This document shows positions 45,594-54,225 of a stretch of DNA of 64,000 nucleotides, piece after piece. This stretch comes from Candidatus Nanopelagicales bacterium. Lineage in GTDB: Bacteria > Actinomycetota > Actinomycetes > S36-B12. Position 1 is the first letter of the stretch, and the number at the start of each line of letters is the position of its first letter. The notes under the pieces are model-generated. The model was not told where the DNA came from and made no database searches. It worked only from the letters and a program-made list of their open reading frames with translations. The position numbers and the translations under genes were made by a program. Location: positions 6,219 through 70,218 of the forward strand of contig JBDQFC010000002.1 in NCBI GenBank assembly GCA_040266055.1. The letters are read 5' to 3'.

Positions 45594-46498
45594 GCCGCGC
45601 CCACCTTCTTCTGGCCGGCCGTCCAGCCGGCTTTGGGTCGTTCGAACCACACGTGGACTTGACCCGTGCCAACCGAGTTCTCGTACTGGCTATAGAGCTC
45701 ACCGGGAGCAATGACGTCGCCTTCCCCGAGAGCTCCCATCATCATCAGGTAATGCGCGAAGCGCGCTTCCGGCTTGTACTGCAGGAAATCCGGCATGGTG
45801 TCGATCACCGACTTGTGGTCGCCCCGGGCGAACCAGTCCAGACGCTGCATATCCGCTTGGTAGGCCTCGGGCGTGAAAATGTGCTTCGGATCGCTGGCTT
45901 CGTGGTCGCGAATCTCCCGAAGTGGCCAGAAGGTGTGCGACAGCGCACCTGAGGCGATCAGGAGCACCTTGCGGTCGGTCTTCTCGATTGCCGCCTTGAC
46001 TGCCCGCCCTGCACGCAGGAAGTCTTCGCTATCACCCGTTTGGCACACGCTGATGGATATCCATCGCTTGTCATCGAGTCCACGACCAAGGAAGTCCCAC
46101 AGGTTGATCGTCGCGTAGAAGATCGGCAGGTACGGGTCGTCGATGGCGGTCATCCACGTTCCGGCGCCGGGCCCCTCTTCTTGGATCGCTTGGGCCAGCT
46201 CCGGATCACCGGGGAAGTCGTATGGGATTCGTGTCATGCCGCGGGGAAGTTCCTCGGACGTGAACAATCCGGCGCGACGATCCTGAGCCGTGACGACAAA
46301 CTCCACGGTGGTGGCCCAATGGGAGTCCATCACGATCACGGTGTCGTAATCCAGGGTTTCGAACTTGTCCTTGCGGAGGTTCCGAAGGCCCGGAACGAGT
46401 GAGATTTCATGACCTTCGTTCAATTCCTTGCGGATGTTCTCCGGCAGCATGATCGTCGGTACGTGTGCCAGGAGCGCCGCTCCTACAACTTCACCCAT
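45590..46498 (-). CDS. LigB-superfamily extradiol dioxygenase, HpaD (3,4-dihydroxyphenylacetate 2,3-dioxygenase)-like
   Basis: MGEVVGAALLAHVPTIML, DTVIVMDSHW, ASGALSH and SVGTGQV parallel E. coli HpaD as recalled. Start at ATG 46498. Confidence 0.75.
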   Translation of the reverse strand: MGEVVGAALLAHVPTIMLPENIRKELNEGHEISLVPGLRNLRKDKFETLDYDTVIVMDSHWATTVEFVVTAQDRRAGLFTSEELPRGMTRIPYDFPGDPELAQAIQEEGPGAGTWMTAIDDPYLPIFYATINLWDFLGRGLDDKRWISISVCQTGDSEDFLRAGRAVKAAIEKTDRKVLLIASGALSHTFWPLREIRDHEASDPKHIFTPEAYQADMQRLDWFARGDHKSVIDTMPDFLQYKPEARFAHYLMMMGALGEGDVIAPGELYSQYENSVGTGQVHVWFERPKAGWTAGQKKVGAA

Positions 46499-46502
46499 AT
46501 CC

Positions 46503-47966
46503 CTATTCCTTCCAACCGCTCGGCGCGTAAACCGTGTTCTTGACGTCTGCATAGAAATCGAATGACCAGTGGCCACCTTCGCGGCCGATACCGGATTTCC
46601 TAGAGCCACCGAACGGTGCTCCAAGATCACGCACGAAGAAGCAGTTGACCCAGATCGTGCCGGCGACCAAGTGCTTGCAGAATTCTTCAGCGCGCGCCCT
46701 GCTTCCCGTGACGACACATGCGGCAAGGCCGTAGTCGGTTCCGTTCGCGAGCGCGAGTCCCTGTTCGTCGGTGGCGAATGTCTGCATCGTGAGAACCGGC
46801 CCGAACACTTCTTCGCGGAGGATTTCGCTGCCTGATTCGGCGTCGCGGATGAGTGTGGGGGTGAAGTAGTGCGGACCTAGTTCGCCGTGAACGCTTCCTC
46901 CGTATTCGACGGTTGCGCCATCGGACACCGCGCGATCGACGAAGCCTTGGATGCGGGCGACATGCTCGAGATGGATGTTCGGACCTATCTGCGTGTCCTC
47001 CTCGCGAGGATCGCCTTGCCGGATCTGGGCTGCGCGCTCAGCGAAGCGCTCTGCGAACGCGTCTGCGATGCTTTCCTGGACGAGTAGGCGTGTCCCCGCG
47101 AGGCACACTTGCCCGGCGTTGTCGTATTGCTCAATCGCTAAATCGATCGCAAGATCAAGGTCCGCGTCGTCTAATACGACGGTGGGTGACTTTCCGCCAA
47201 GTTCGAATGAACACGGAATTAGGTTCTCAGCGGCGGCCTTGGCCACGAGCTTTGCGGTGGGAACCGATCCGGTGAAGCAGATACGGGCCACCCGGGGATC
47301 GGATGTGAGCGCGGCACCTGCCTCAGGTCCAAGACCTTGAACCACGTTGAATACCCCGTCGGGTAGTCCGGCCTGTTTGGTGAGATCGGCGAAATACGAC
47401 GCGGTCAGGGGAGCCCACTCCGGTGGCTTGAGAATGACGGTGTCTCCGGCGGCGAGCGCGGGTCCGATACGCCAGGTGGCAAGCATCAAAGGCGCGTTCC
47501 AGGGCGTGATGATCACCGTTGGCCCGGATGGATCCCATGAGACGTGGTTTTCGTGTTCGCGGGTCTCCCACACTGGGTACGTGAGTTTCTCGACTGCGTA
47601 ATCGGCGAAGAACCGGATGTTCATCGCCACCCGGGGCATGACGCCGCGGCGATGCGAGCGCAAGAGGGATCCGTTGTCGCGCGTCTCGAGTTGGGACAAG
47701 GACTCGACGTTTTCCTCGACGAGATCGGCGAGTCGGCGCAGGACGACCGCGCGCTCGCTGGGGCTCCAGCGGGACCACTCGGTGAATGCGGCAACTGCCG
47801 CAGTCACTGCAGCGTCGGCCTCGGAGGTGCCACCGCGATGGATCTCAGCGATCACCTGGTTGTCGATGGGAGAGACGTCGACGAAGGTCTCCGGGGAGGA
47901 GACTCGGCTTCCGCCGATCCAGTGGCGCGTGTCCACCTCGACGCCAGCGACCGTCACAACATCCAT
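46503..47966 (-). CDS. NAD+-dependent aldehyde dehydrogenase, HpaE/XylG-like semialdehyde dehydrogenase
   Basis: FELGGKSP, catalytic Cys region GQVCLAG and C-terminal VNCFFVRDLGAPFGGSRKSGIGREGG. Start at ATG 47966. Confidence 0.8.
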   Translation of the reverse strand: MDVVTVAGVEVDTRHWIGGSRVSSPETFVDVSPIDNQVIAEIHRGGTSEADAAVTAAVAAFTEWSRWSPSERAVVLRRLADLVEENVESLSQLETRDNGSLLRSHRRGVMPRVAMNIRFFADYAVEKLTYPVWETREHENHVSWDPSGPTVIITPWNAPLMLATWRIGPALAAGDTVILKPPEWAPLTASYFADLTKQAGLPDGVFNVVQGLGPEAGAALTSDPRVARICFTGSVPTAKLVAKAAAENLIPCSFELGGKSPTVVLDDADLDLAIDLAIEQYDNAGQVCLAGTRLLVQESIADAFAERFAERAAQIRQGDPREEDTQIGPNIHLEHVARIQGFVDRAVSDGATVEYGGSVHGELGPHYFTPTLIRDAESGSEILREEVFGPVLTMQTFATDEQGLALANGTDYGLAACVVTGSRARAEEFCKHLVAGTIWVNCFFVRDLGAPFGGSRKSGIGREGGHWSFDFYADVKNTVYAPSGWKE

Positions 47967-48017
47967 GGAAATCCCATCGTTAGGGCCGGTTGACCGTGCC
48001 CGTCGTCCGTGCCAATT

Positions 48018-48035
48018 TCGTTCGGAGCCTAACGA
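48018..48035. promoter_or_regulatory. Dyad TCGTT-N8-AACGA (site 1 of 3), upstream of the aldehyde dehydrogenase gene
   Basis: tTCGTTcggagcctAACGAa, read directly, in the 91-nt intra-operon gap. Confidence 0.45.
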
Positions 48036-48057
48036 ATAGCGGCGGCTCGCGAAAGGG

Positions 48058-49242
48058 CTACCAGCGAACCGGCAGGGCTTCGGGGGCCCGAAATTCCCAG
48101 CCCCGCATCCGAACCTCATCGCCGGGATCCAGGGTGAGCCCCGGGAGTGCCTCGGCCAGGGTTTGCAGGGCGATCCTCTCCTGACCCCGGGCGAAGGCAT
48201 GGCCGGCACAGAAATGCGGCCCTAGGCCAAATGCCGCATTAGGCCGCCGGGTCCGGCGGATGTCGAAGATGCCGGGGTTGGCGAAGAGAGATTCGTCGTG
48301 GCAGGCGCTGGCGACGACGGCCCCCACCGGGGAGCCCGCAGGGATGGTGATGCCTTGGAACTCGACGTCCACCCGCGCCTGACGGGTCTGGGTGCCGATC
48401 GGGGCTACCCAGCGCAATCCTTCGTGCACCGCATCGTCCCAGCGCTCGGGTTCGGCGAGGACCAACTCCCACTGCTCGCGGTCTGCGAGCAGTCCATACA
48501 GGCACGATGCGGCCCCATGGCCCGGTTCTTGCATGCCCCCGAGGATGATCACTTTCAACGACGGCAGGACCTCGTCCACCGTGCGAGGCTCACCGGCGGG
48601 CCGACCGGTCGTCAGCATGTGAGAGATGGTCGAGTCGTCGGGCTCGAGGCGCAAATGCTCCATGTACGGCCTGAGCTCGGTGTCGATGGCTGAGGCGGTG
48701 GCGTCGTTGATCGCTTGTTTTTCTGGATCGCGTTCGAAGTTGATCGCTCCCATCGCCAGCCCGTGGAACCACTCGCGCAACGTGTCAGCCGATAGGTGGC
48801 CGAGCCCCAAGACGGCGCCCAGGCTCAGGACCGAGATGGGCTCGAAGTAGTCGGCCACGAGTTCGGCTCTGCGGTCAGCGCGGTCGAGGATGCGGGCTAG
48901 GTAATCGTCGGCGATGGGTTGGACGAGCGCGTCGATGTACCCCTCGACGGTGCGTGGTCGGTACTTGGTGTCGAGGCTGCGGCGCTTATCGAGATGGTCA
49001 TCGCCGTCTACGGTCAAGATGGTGGGTCCACCGAAGGACAGATCCAACGGGGAGCCGTCCACCACCGCGCTGAACAAGTCCGTTCGGGTTGCGACGAGGT
49101 CCACGGCGTCCGCGGAGGTAGCGAGCCACAGATTCACCGCGGGGACCCACGCGAGCGGTTCCTCGCTTCGGAGGCGGGCGTAGATGGGGTAAGGGTCGGA
49201 CTCGAGGTCCTCGACGGTGATGGATTCGGTGAAGGTGCTCAT
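48058..49242 (-). CDS. Cytochrome P450 (class I)
   Basis: Heme loop FGLGPHFCAGH and ExxR (HEGLRW). Atypical I-helix GGMQEPG. Confidence 0.85.
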   Translation of the reverse strand: MSTFTESITVEDLESDPYPIYARLRSEEPLAWVPAVNLWLATSADAVDLVATRTDLFSAVVDGSPLDLSFGGPTILTVDGDDHLDKRRSLDTKYRPRTVEGYIDALVQPIADDYLARILDRADRRAELVADYFEPISVLSLGAVLGLGHLSADTLREWFHGLAMGAINFERDPEKQAINDATASAIDTELRPYMEHLRLEPDDSTISHMLTTGRPAGEPRTVDEVLPSLKVIILGGMQEPGHGAASCLYGLLADREQWELVLAEPERWDDAVHEGLRWVAPIGTQTRQARVDVEFQGITIPAGSPVGAVVASACHDESLFANPGIFDIRRTRRPNAAFGLGPHFCAGHAFARGQERIALQTLAEALPGLTLDPGDEVRMRGWEFRAPEALPVRW

Positions 49243-49769
49243 GCGCTTCGGGTAGGTGGAACGGAGATCGTCCCCTCCTTCTCGACGGCGCGGATCAACT
49301 CGCGCAGGAATCCGGTTGCCTGCTGCTTGTCCGCGCTGCTGAGGAATCGAGTGACGTTCCGCTCTTCGGTATTGAAGTCGGGAAACAGGCGCTTCATGAG
49401 TCGTCTCCCTGACGGGGTCAAGGAGACGTCCACCAGACGACCATCGGATTTACCGCGGGTTCGCTCGAGCAGTCCTCGGCTTTCGAGCGTAGTGAGGACA
49501 CCGCTGAGCGTTGCTTTTGAGAAGCCGCCCTCTGCTGCGATCTGGCGGGTTTCGATGGGTTCCCAGATCCAGGTGACCCACAAGACCACGAACGCCGTCC
49601 AGGTGAGATCCGCCCGGGCCAGGACGGTGCGCTCGAGGTGATTGCGAACGGCGTTGGCTGCTCGGAACAGATTGGAGGCGACGGCCATGGCCTCGAAATC
49701 CAGGTCCAAGTCCCCGAGGCGAGCCGAGACTGCTGATTCGGTTTCGCTCAGGGTGTGATGTCCGGCCAT
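49239..49769 (-). CDS. MarR-family transcriptional regulator
   Basis: 176 aa with a winged-HTH core. GGAAGGAGG Shine-Dalgarno. ATGA overlap with the P450 gene. Confidence 0.8.
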   Translation of the reverse strand: MAGHHTLSETESAVSARLGDLDLDFEAMAVASNLFRAANAVRNHLERTVLARADLTWTAFVVLWVTWIWEPIETRQIAAEGGFSKATLSGVLTTLESRGLLERTRGKSDGRLVDVSLTPSGRRLMKRLFPDFNTEERNVTRFLSSADKQQATGFLRELIRAVEKEGTISVPPTRSA

Positions 49770-49821
49770 GTGGCCTCCTTCCGGGAGTCACGGTAGTCGA
49801 ATGACCAAAGTCCTTGCATCG

Positions 49822-49858
49822 AATCGTTCTGGCCCGGATAATTTGGGCCCAAACGATT
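49822..49858. promoter_or_regulatory. Imperfect 37-bp palindrome AATCGTTctGGCCC...GGGCCcaAACGATT containing the perfect 12-bp palindrome TTTGGGCCCAAA
   Basis: Read directly in the MarR/P450 divergent region. 12 of 15 arm positions pair. Confidence 0.45.
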
Positions 49859-49879
49859 AGTTTCACTCGGGAGGTCCCC

Positions 49880-51130
49880 TTGTCCACGGCCACGACTGTG
49901 ACCCTCGCCAACCTTGATCTGTTCGCCGACGGCGCCCCGTGGGCGACGTTCGATGAATTTCGCGCCTCGGATCCAGTGTCATGGAATGAGGAAGAAGCAC
50001 CGAACAAGGGTTTCTGGGCAGTAACCCGCTACCACGACATCGTCGAGGTTCTGCGCGACACCGAGACGTTCTCCAGTGAAGTGGGTGCTGTGAACCTCGA
50101 GGAACTCGACCAGAGTCAGATCGAGATTCGCAAGTCGATGCTCGAGCGCGATGGAACCCGACACCGCGCGCTTCGCAAACTGCTGCAGCCGGCATTCACC
50201 CCGAAGGCACTGACTGTCTACGAGTCGTTCTTGCGAGGGGTCACCGCGAACACTCTCGACGTCGCCCTCGCCAAGGAGCGTTTCGACTTCGTGGACGAGG
50301 TTGCCGCTGACTTTCCGATCAGAGTTCTCGCGCGACTATTGGGAGTGCCCGAGGACGACACGAATCAGTTGATCGAGTGGGGCAATCGAATGGTGGGAAA
50401 TACCGACCCCGAGAGTGCAGATGTCCTGGCATCCGATCCGGAGAGTGAGAAGTATCGTGACCTCCCATTCCGTTCTCCGGCGGCCCTCGAAGTGTTCGAA
50501 TACGGATTCGCTCTTGCGAACGAGCGCCGTGGTGGCTCGGGGGACGACCTCGTCTCGAAGTTGGTGAATGGCACTCCCATTGATGGTGTTCCCGTCGATG
50601 ATTGTGATTTCCGCAACTACTTCCTGCTTCTGGTGGTCGCAGGTAACGAGACCACGCGCCACACGATCTCGCACACGATGAATCATCTGATCAATCATCC
50701 AGATCAGATGGCGATCCTTCGCGAGGATCCGAGCAAGATCGAATGGGCTGTTGAGGAATTCCTTCGTTACGCCAGCCCGGTCTATCACTTCCGTCGTACT
50801 GCGACCAAAGACACCGAACTTGGCGGCCGAACCATCAAAACTGGCGACAAAGTTGTCGTGTGGTTCGCCTCGGGCAACCGTGATTTCGACATCTTCGAAG
50901 ACCCCTACCGATTCGATGTTCAGCGCCATCCCAACGAGCACATGTCCTTCGGCCGCGGCGGTCCACACATGTGCCTGGGCAACTCGCTAGCGCGTCTAGA
51001 AATCCGGGTGATGTTCGAGGATCTGCTCTCCCGAGACATCGAAATCGCACACGATGGATCGATCGACTATTTGCGGTCGAACTTCGTACACGGAATCAAG
51101 CGCTTCCCCGTGAAGGTGACCCGCCGCTAG
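49880..51130 (+). CDS. Cytochrome P450 (class I, CYP124/125/142-like)
   Basis: VVAGNETTRH I-helix and FGRGGPHMCLGNSLA heme loop. TTG 49880 lies 5 nt after GGGAGG. Confidence 0.85.
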   Translation: MSTATTVTLANLDLFADGAPWATFDEFRASDPVSWNEEEAPNKGFWAVTRYHDIVEVLRDTETFSSEVGAVNLEELDQSQIEIRKSMLERDGTRHRALRKLLQPAFTPKALTVYESFLRGVTANTLDVALAKERFDFVDEVAADFPIRVLARLLGVPEDDTNQLIEWGNRMVGNTDPESADVLASDPESEKYRDLPFRSPAALEVFEYGFALANERRGGSGDDLVSKLVNGTPIDGVPVDDCDFRNYFLLLVVAGNETTRHTISHTMNHLINHPDQMAILREDPSKIEWAVEEFLRYASPVYHFRRTATKDTELGGRTIKTGDKVVVWFASGNRDFDIFEDPYRFDVQRHPNEHMSFGRGGPHMCLGNSLARLEIRVMFEDLLSRDIEIAHDGSIDYLRSNFVHGIKRFPVKVTRR

Positions 51131-51831
51131 CCAGGCGCAACTCGCTCGAGGAAGGCACCCACCAGCGCGTCGGCCCGTTTACCCGCCGCGCCCTCCTCAG
51201 CACGCGTGTGCGCCATGAGCGCCTCAGGACTCTGGCCATCGCGCTCCACATGTGCGTACCCATCGGTGTCCAGCCACAACTGCAGTTCGTGAGGAGTCAG
51301 TTCCGGATGGAATTGCAGGGCAAGGTTCCTTCGCAAGGTGAACGCTTGTGAAGCGCGGCTCGTCCGAGCTATTTCGTGTGCGTCGGGCGGGAGTTCCCAG
51401 CGGTCGTAGTGAAACTGAAACCACGGACCGGCCGAGACGAGGTCGGGCTCGTCGGTGTGCAACACACTCCAGCCGATCTCGCATGAGGGAGCGGGCCCGA
51501 CGGAACCACCATGGGCACGGGCAAGCAACTGGCCACCGAAGCAGATTCCGAGGACCGGAACACCGCGGCGGTCGGCCTCGCGAAGCCATTCGAGCTCAGG
51601 GACCAGCCAATTGCCGATGGTGGCATCATCCCAGGCACCCCAGGGTGAACCCATCGGGACGAGGACGTCGTACTTGTCAAGAGATGGAAAAGTGAATTCG
51701 ACGTTGGGGGAGTAGTAGTTCTCCCCCGAGACGATCACCATCTCGTCGATTTCGTATCCCCGGCGCGCGAAGGCATCGCCGATTGGCCCAGGGGGGCTGG
51801 TGTGATCGTGCTCGATAAAAAGGGCCTTCAT
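51127..51831 (-). CDS. Class I glutamine amidotransferase-like protein (possible gamma-glutamyl-amide hydrolase)
   Basis: GICFGGQLLA nucleophile elbow and a FHPE histidine region. AGGAG Shine-Dalgarno. Confidence 0.75.
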   Translation of the reverse strand: MKALFIEHDHTSPPGPIGDAFARRGYEIDEMVIVSGENYYSPNVEFTFPSLDKYDVLVPMGSPWGAWDDATIGNWLVPELEWLREADRRGVPVLGICFGGQLLARAHGGSVGPAPSCEIGWSVLHTDEPDLVSAGPWFQFHYDRWELPPDAHEIARTSRASQAFTLRRNLALQFHPELTPHELQLWLDTDGYAHVERDGQSPEALMAHTRAEEGAAGKRADALVGAFLERVAPG

Positions 51832-51872
51832 TTCACTCCTGCGCTCGGTCTGGGCACACTAGTATCCCAAAA

Positions 51873-51890
51873 TCGTTGGGTAGCAAACGA
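51873..51890. promoter_or_regulatory. Dyad TCGTT-N8-AACGA (site 2 of 3), in the GATase / GS-like divergent region
   Basis: aTCGTTgggtagcaAACGAt, read directly. Overlaps a CCCAA-N5-TTGGG dyad. Confidence 0.45.
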
Positions 51891-51911
51891 TCAATGTGAA
51901 TTGGGGAGTCC

Positions 51912-53261
51912 ATGCACCACGGTCTTGCCGAAGTCCGCCAAAGCTTGCAGGACGACGGAATCGACGTTGTCCGACTCATCTACAGCGATGTCTTGGGCAT
52001 TCCGCGCTCAAAAGACCTCCTGGTCTCGCAATTGGAGCGCGCCGGAAGCAACGGCCCGGCCTTCTGTCAAGGCGTCTGGGTCACCAACACCCGCGGTGGA
52101 GTCTTGGATGGGCACGGCAGCATCTCGGATGGGCTCCCCGATCTGGTGACTCGACTCGATCCGTCGACCATCCGCCCGATTCCGTGGGAGCCCGGTGTCG
52201 CCTACGTGGTAGCTGACAGCTTCGAGCCCAGCGGTGAAGACAGCCCGGTAGCCCCACGGTCGGTCCTGCGGTCGGTCCTTGCCGCGTACGGTGATCGAAA
52301 CCTGTCTCCAGTGATCGGTCCGGAATTGGAGTTCTACTTCGCGCACCGCCCGGAGGGCTCCTGGGAGCGCGTTCTCAACAAGACCGGTCGGGTGTACATG
52401 ACCGGCAGCATCGTCGATCATGAGGGCCTGTTCTTGCACATGCTGCGGATGATCGATCAGTTGAACATCGGTGCCTTCGCTGGCAACCACGAGTTCTCAC
52501 CGTCCCAATACGAGATCAACTTGTGGCATTCCGATGCGCTCGATGCCGCAGATCGGACGTTCATTTTCAAGACTGCGGTGAAGGACATCGCACATCGCGC
52601 TGGAGTCAACGCGACGTTCATGGGCAAGCCGTGGAACGACGAAGGGGGCAGTGGTTTCCACGTTCACTTCTCTGTGGTCGACAGTCACGGTGAGAACCAG
52701 ATGCACGATGGCGGAGCCGGACTCAGCGCGACGGCAGAGTCCATGATTGCCGGGATCATCGCGCACGCGGATGCCCTCTCGGCGTTTACAAACCCCTCCA
52801 TCAACGCCTTCAAGCGGCTCGGTCCCGACACGTTGGCTCCGTATCGCTCGAATTGGGGTCTGGACAACCGCAGCACGATGATTCGAATTCCACCTGAGCG
52901 GGGCCATGGAACGCGTCTGGAATTGCGGATCGGGGATGCCGCTGCGAACCCGTACGTGGTTGCAGCCGCAGTCCTTGCGGCTGCTCTCGACGGAATCGAG
53001 AAGGGGCTCACTCCGCCGGCACCGCTTGAGGGTTGGACCTACGAGGATGAATCGGCAGATGTCCTGCCGATGACGCTTGAGGCGGCTCTTGATGCGCTGG
53101 CGGCAGACGAGGTCATGACGAACAAGTTGGGCGATGTCTTCGTTCAAACGTTCGTGACATTGAAACGGGACGAACTCGAGAGATACAACGCGGAAGTCGC
53201 CGACCCGGCTACCCGCGACGTGACCGATTGGGAACTCGAGGAGTACATCGAGGACTACTGA
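51912..53261 (+). CDS. Glutamine-synthetase-family gamma-glutamyl ligase (GS-like 1)
   Basis: PELEFYF, NHEFSPSQYEIN, GSGFHVHFS and NRSTMIRIP GS catalytic-domain motifs. Confidence 0.8.
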   Translation: MHHGLAEVRQSLQDDGIDVVRLIYSDVLGIPRSKDLLVSQLERAGSNGPAFCQGVWVTNTRGGVLDGHGSISDGLPDLVTRLDPSTIRPIPWEPGVAYVVADSFEPSGEDSPVAPRSVLRSVLAAYGDRNLSPVIGPELEFYFAHRPEGSWERVLNKTGRVYMTGSIVDHEGLFLHMLRMIDQLNIGAFAGNHEFSPSQYEINLWHSDALDAADRTFIFKTAVKDIAHRAGVNATFMGKPWNDEGGSGFHVHFSVVDSHGENQMHDGGAGLSATAESMIAGIIAHADALSAFTNPSINAFKRLGPDTLAPYRSNWGLDNRSTMIRIPPERGHGTRLELRIGDAAANPYVVAAAVLAAALDGIEKGLTPPAPLEGWTYEDESADVLPMTLEAALDALAADEVMTNKLGDVFVQTFVTLKRDELERYNAEVADPATRDVTDWELEEYIEDY

Positions 53262-53267
53262 TCGTGA

Positions 53268-54200
53268 CTAGCCGGTCAACTGCTCCACTCGAGTGACGAC
53301 GTCCCTGCAGAATGCCGAGTGGGCTGACCGATCGTCGATGAAGATTGATGGTTTGATGCAGAACGTCCCAACGCCAAACTGCATCTGACGCGGAATCTCC
53401 TCGAGCGCCGGCTCTAGGGGCGCGCACGCGTTGTCACTCGGGAACTCCACCCGGGTTCCTCCGACGAGCTCGAAGTCCTGCGTTGATTTCCCGTGGGGCT
53501 CAAGGGCCGCACTGAGTGAATCCAGATGGTCGTTTTCGATCCGACCAAGCGGGTGGTAGCCGGAGCCATAGGTGGCCAGTCGCCGGACTATGGCGGGGTG
53601 CACGCCCTGACCACCGAACCACAGAGCCGGCCCAGCAGCAGTGGTCGGTTTGGGGTCGACGAACGCATCGGAGAATGAGTAGTGCTCACCCGCATGACTA
53701 GCGGGAGAGTGAGCCCATACCTCACGCCAGATGGCGAGGTGCTCGTCTAGCAGTTGGCCACGCCGGCGGAAATCCACGCCAAGTGCCTGGTATTCATCCT
53801 GGTGCCAACTCACCGTCGGTTGAACGACGAGGCGACCCTCGGATAGCAGATCCAGTGTCGCGAGGTCCTTGGCCAAGGCGAGGGGATGGCGCAACGGCGC
53901 GATGAGCGCAACCGCGCCGATCCGGATGCGATCGGTGGCGGCAGCGATCGCGGCAAGGAGAATCAGGCTCGCGGGCCAGGCCGTTTCGGGATCTTGGTTA
54001 CCAGGCATCGCATAGTCGCGCGGGTTGGCCATCCGACCTTGTGAACCTGCTGACGGGCCCATCACAACGTGGTCGCTCACCATGACCATGTCGAAGCCTG
54101 CGTCCTCGGCCTCCTGAGCCATGCGTACGAGATCTCGAAGATCGCGCGGATCTGTCAACGTCCAATTCTCGGTGAGAACGCTCACCAAGCGCGCGGTCAT
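53268..54200 (-). CDS. Luciferase-like monooxygenase (LLM) class oxidoreductase, probably F420-dependent
   Basis: 310 aa, TIM-barrel LLM pattern (AEDAGFDMVMVSDHV...). The cofactor assignment is inference. Confidence 0.65.
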   Translation of the reverse strand: MTARLVSVLTENWTLTDPRDLRDLVRMAQEAEDAGFDMVMVSDHVVMGPSAGSQGRMANPRDYAMPGNQDPETAWPASLILLAAIAAATDRIRIGAVALIAPLRHPLALAKDLATLDLLSEGRLVVQPTVSWHQDEYQALGVDFRRRGQLLDEHLAIWREVWAHSPASHAGEHYSFSDAFVDPKPTTAAGPALWFGGQGVHPAIVRRLATYGSGYHPLGRIENDHLDSLSAALEPHGKSTQDFELVGGTRVEFPSDNACAPLEPALEEIPRQMQFGVGTFCIKPSIFIDDRSAHSAFCRDVVTRVEQLTG

Positions 54201-54225
54201 GTTGTGTGCCTAGGCGTGGGCCGGG

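Noticed and set aside
46499-48209. Long N-terminal extensions of ORFs 45590-46726 and 46503-48209
   Set aside because: The extensions overlap the upstream genes and are Arg/Pro-rich. Homology-like sequence begins at MGEVVG (46498) and MDVVTV (47966).
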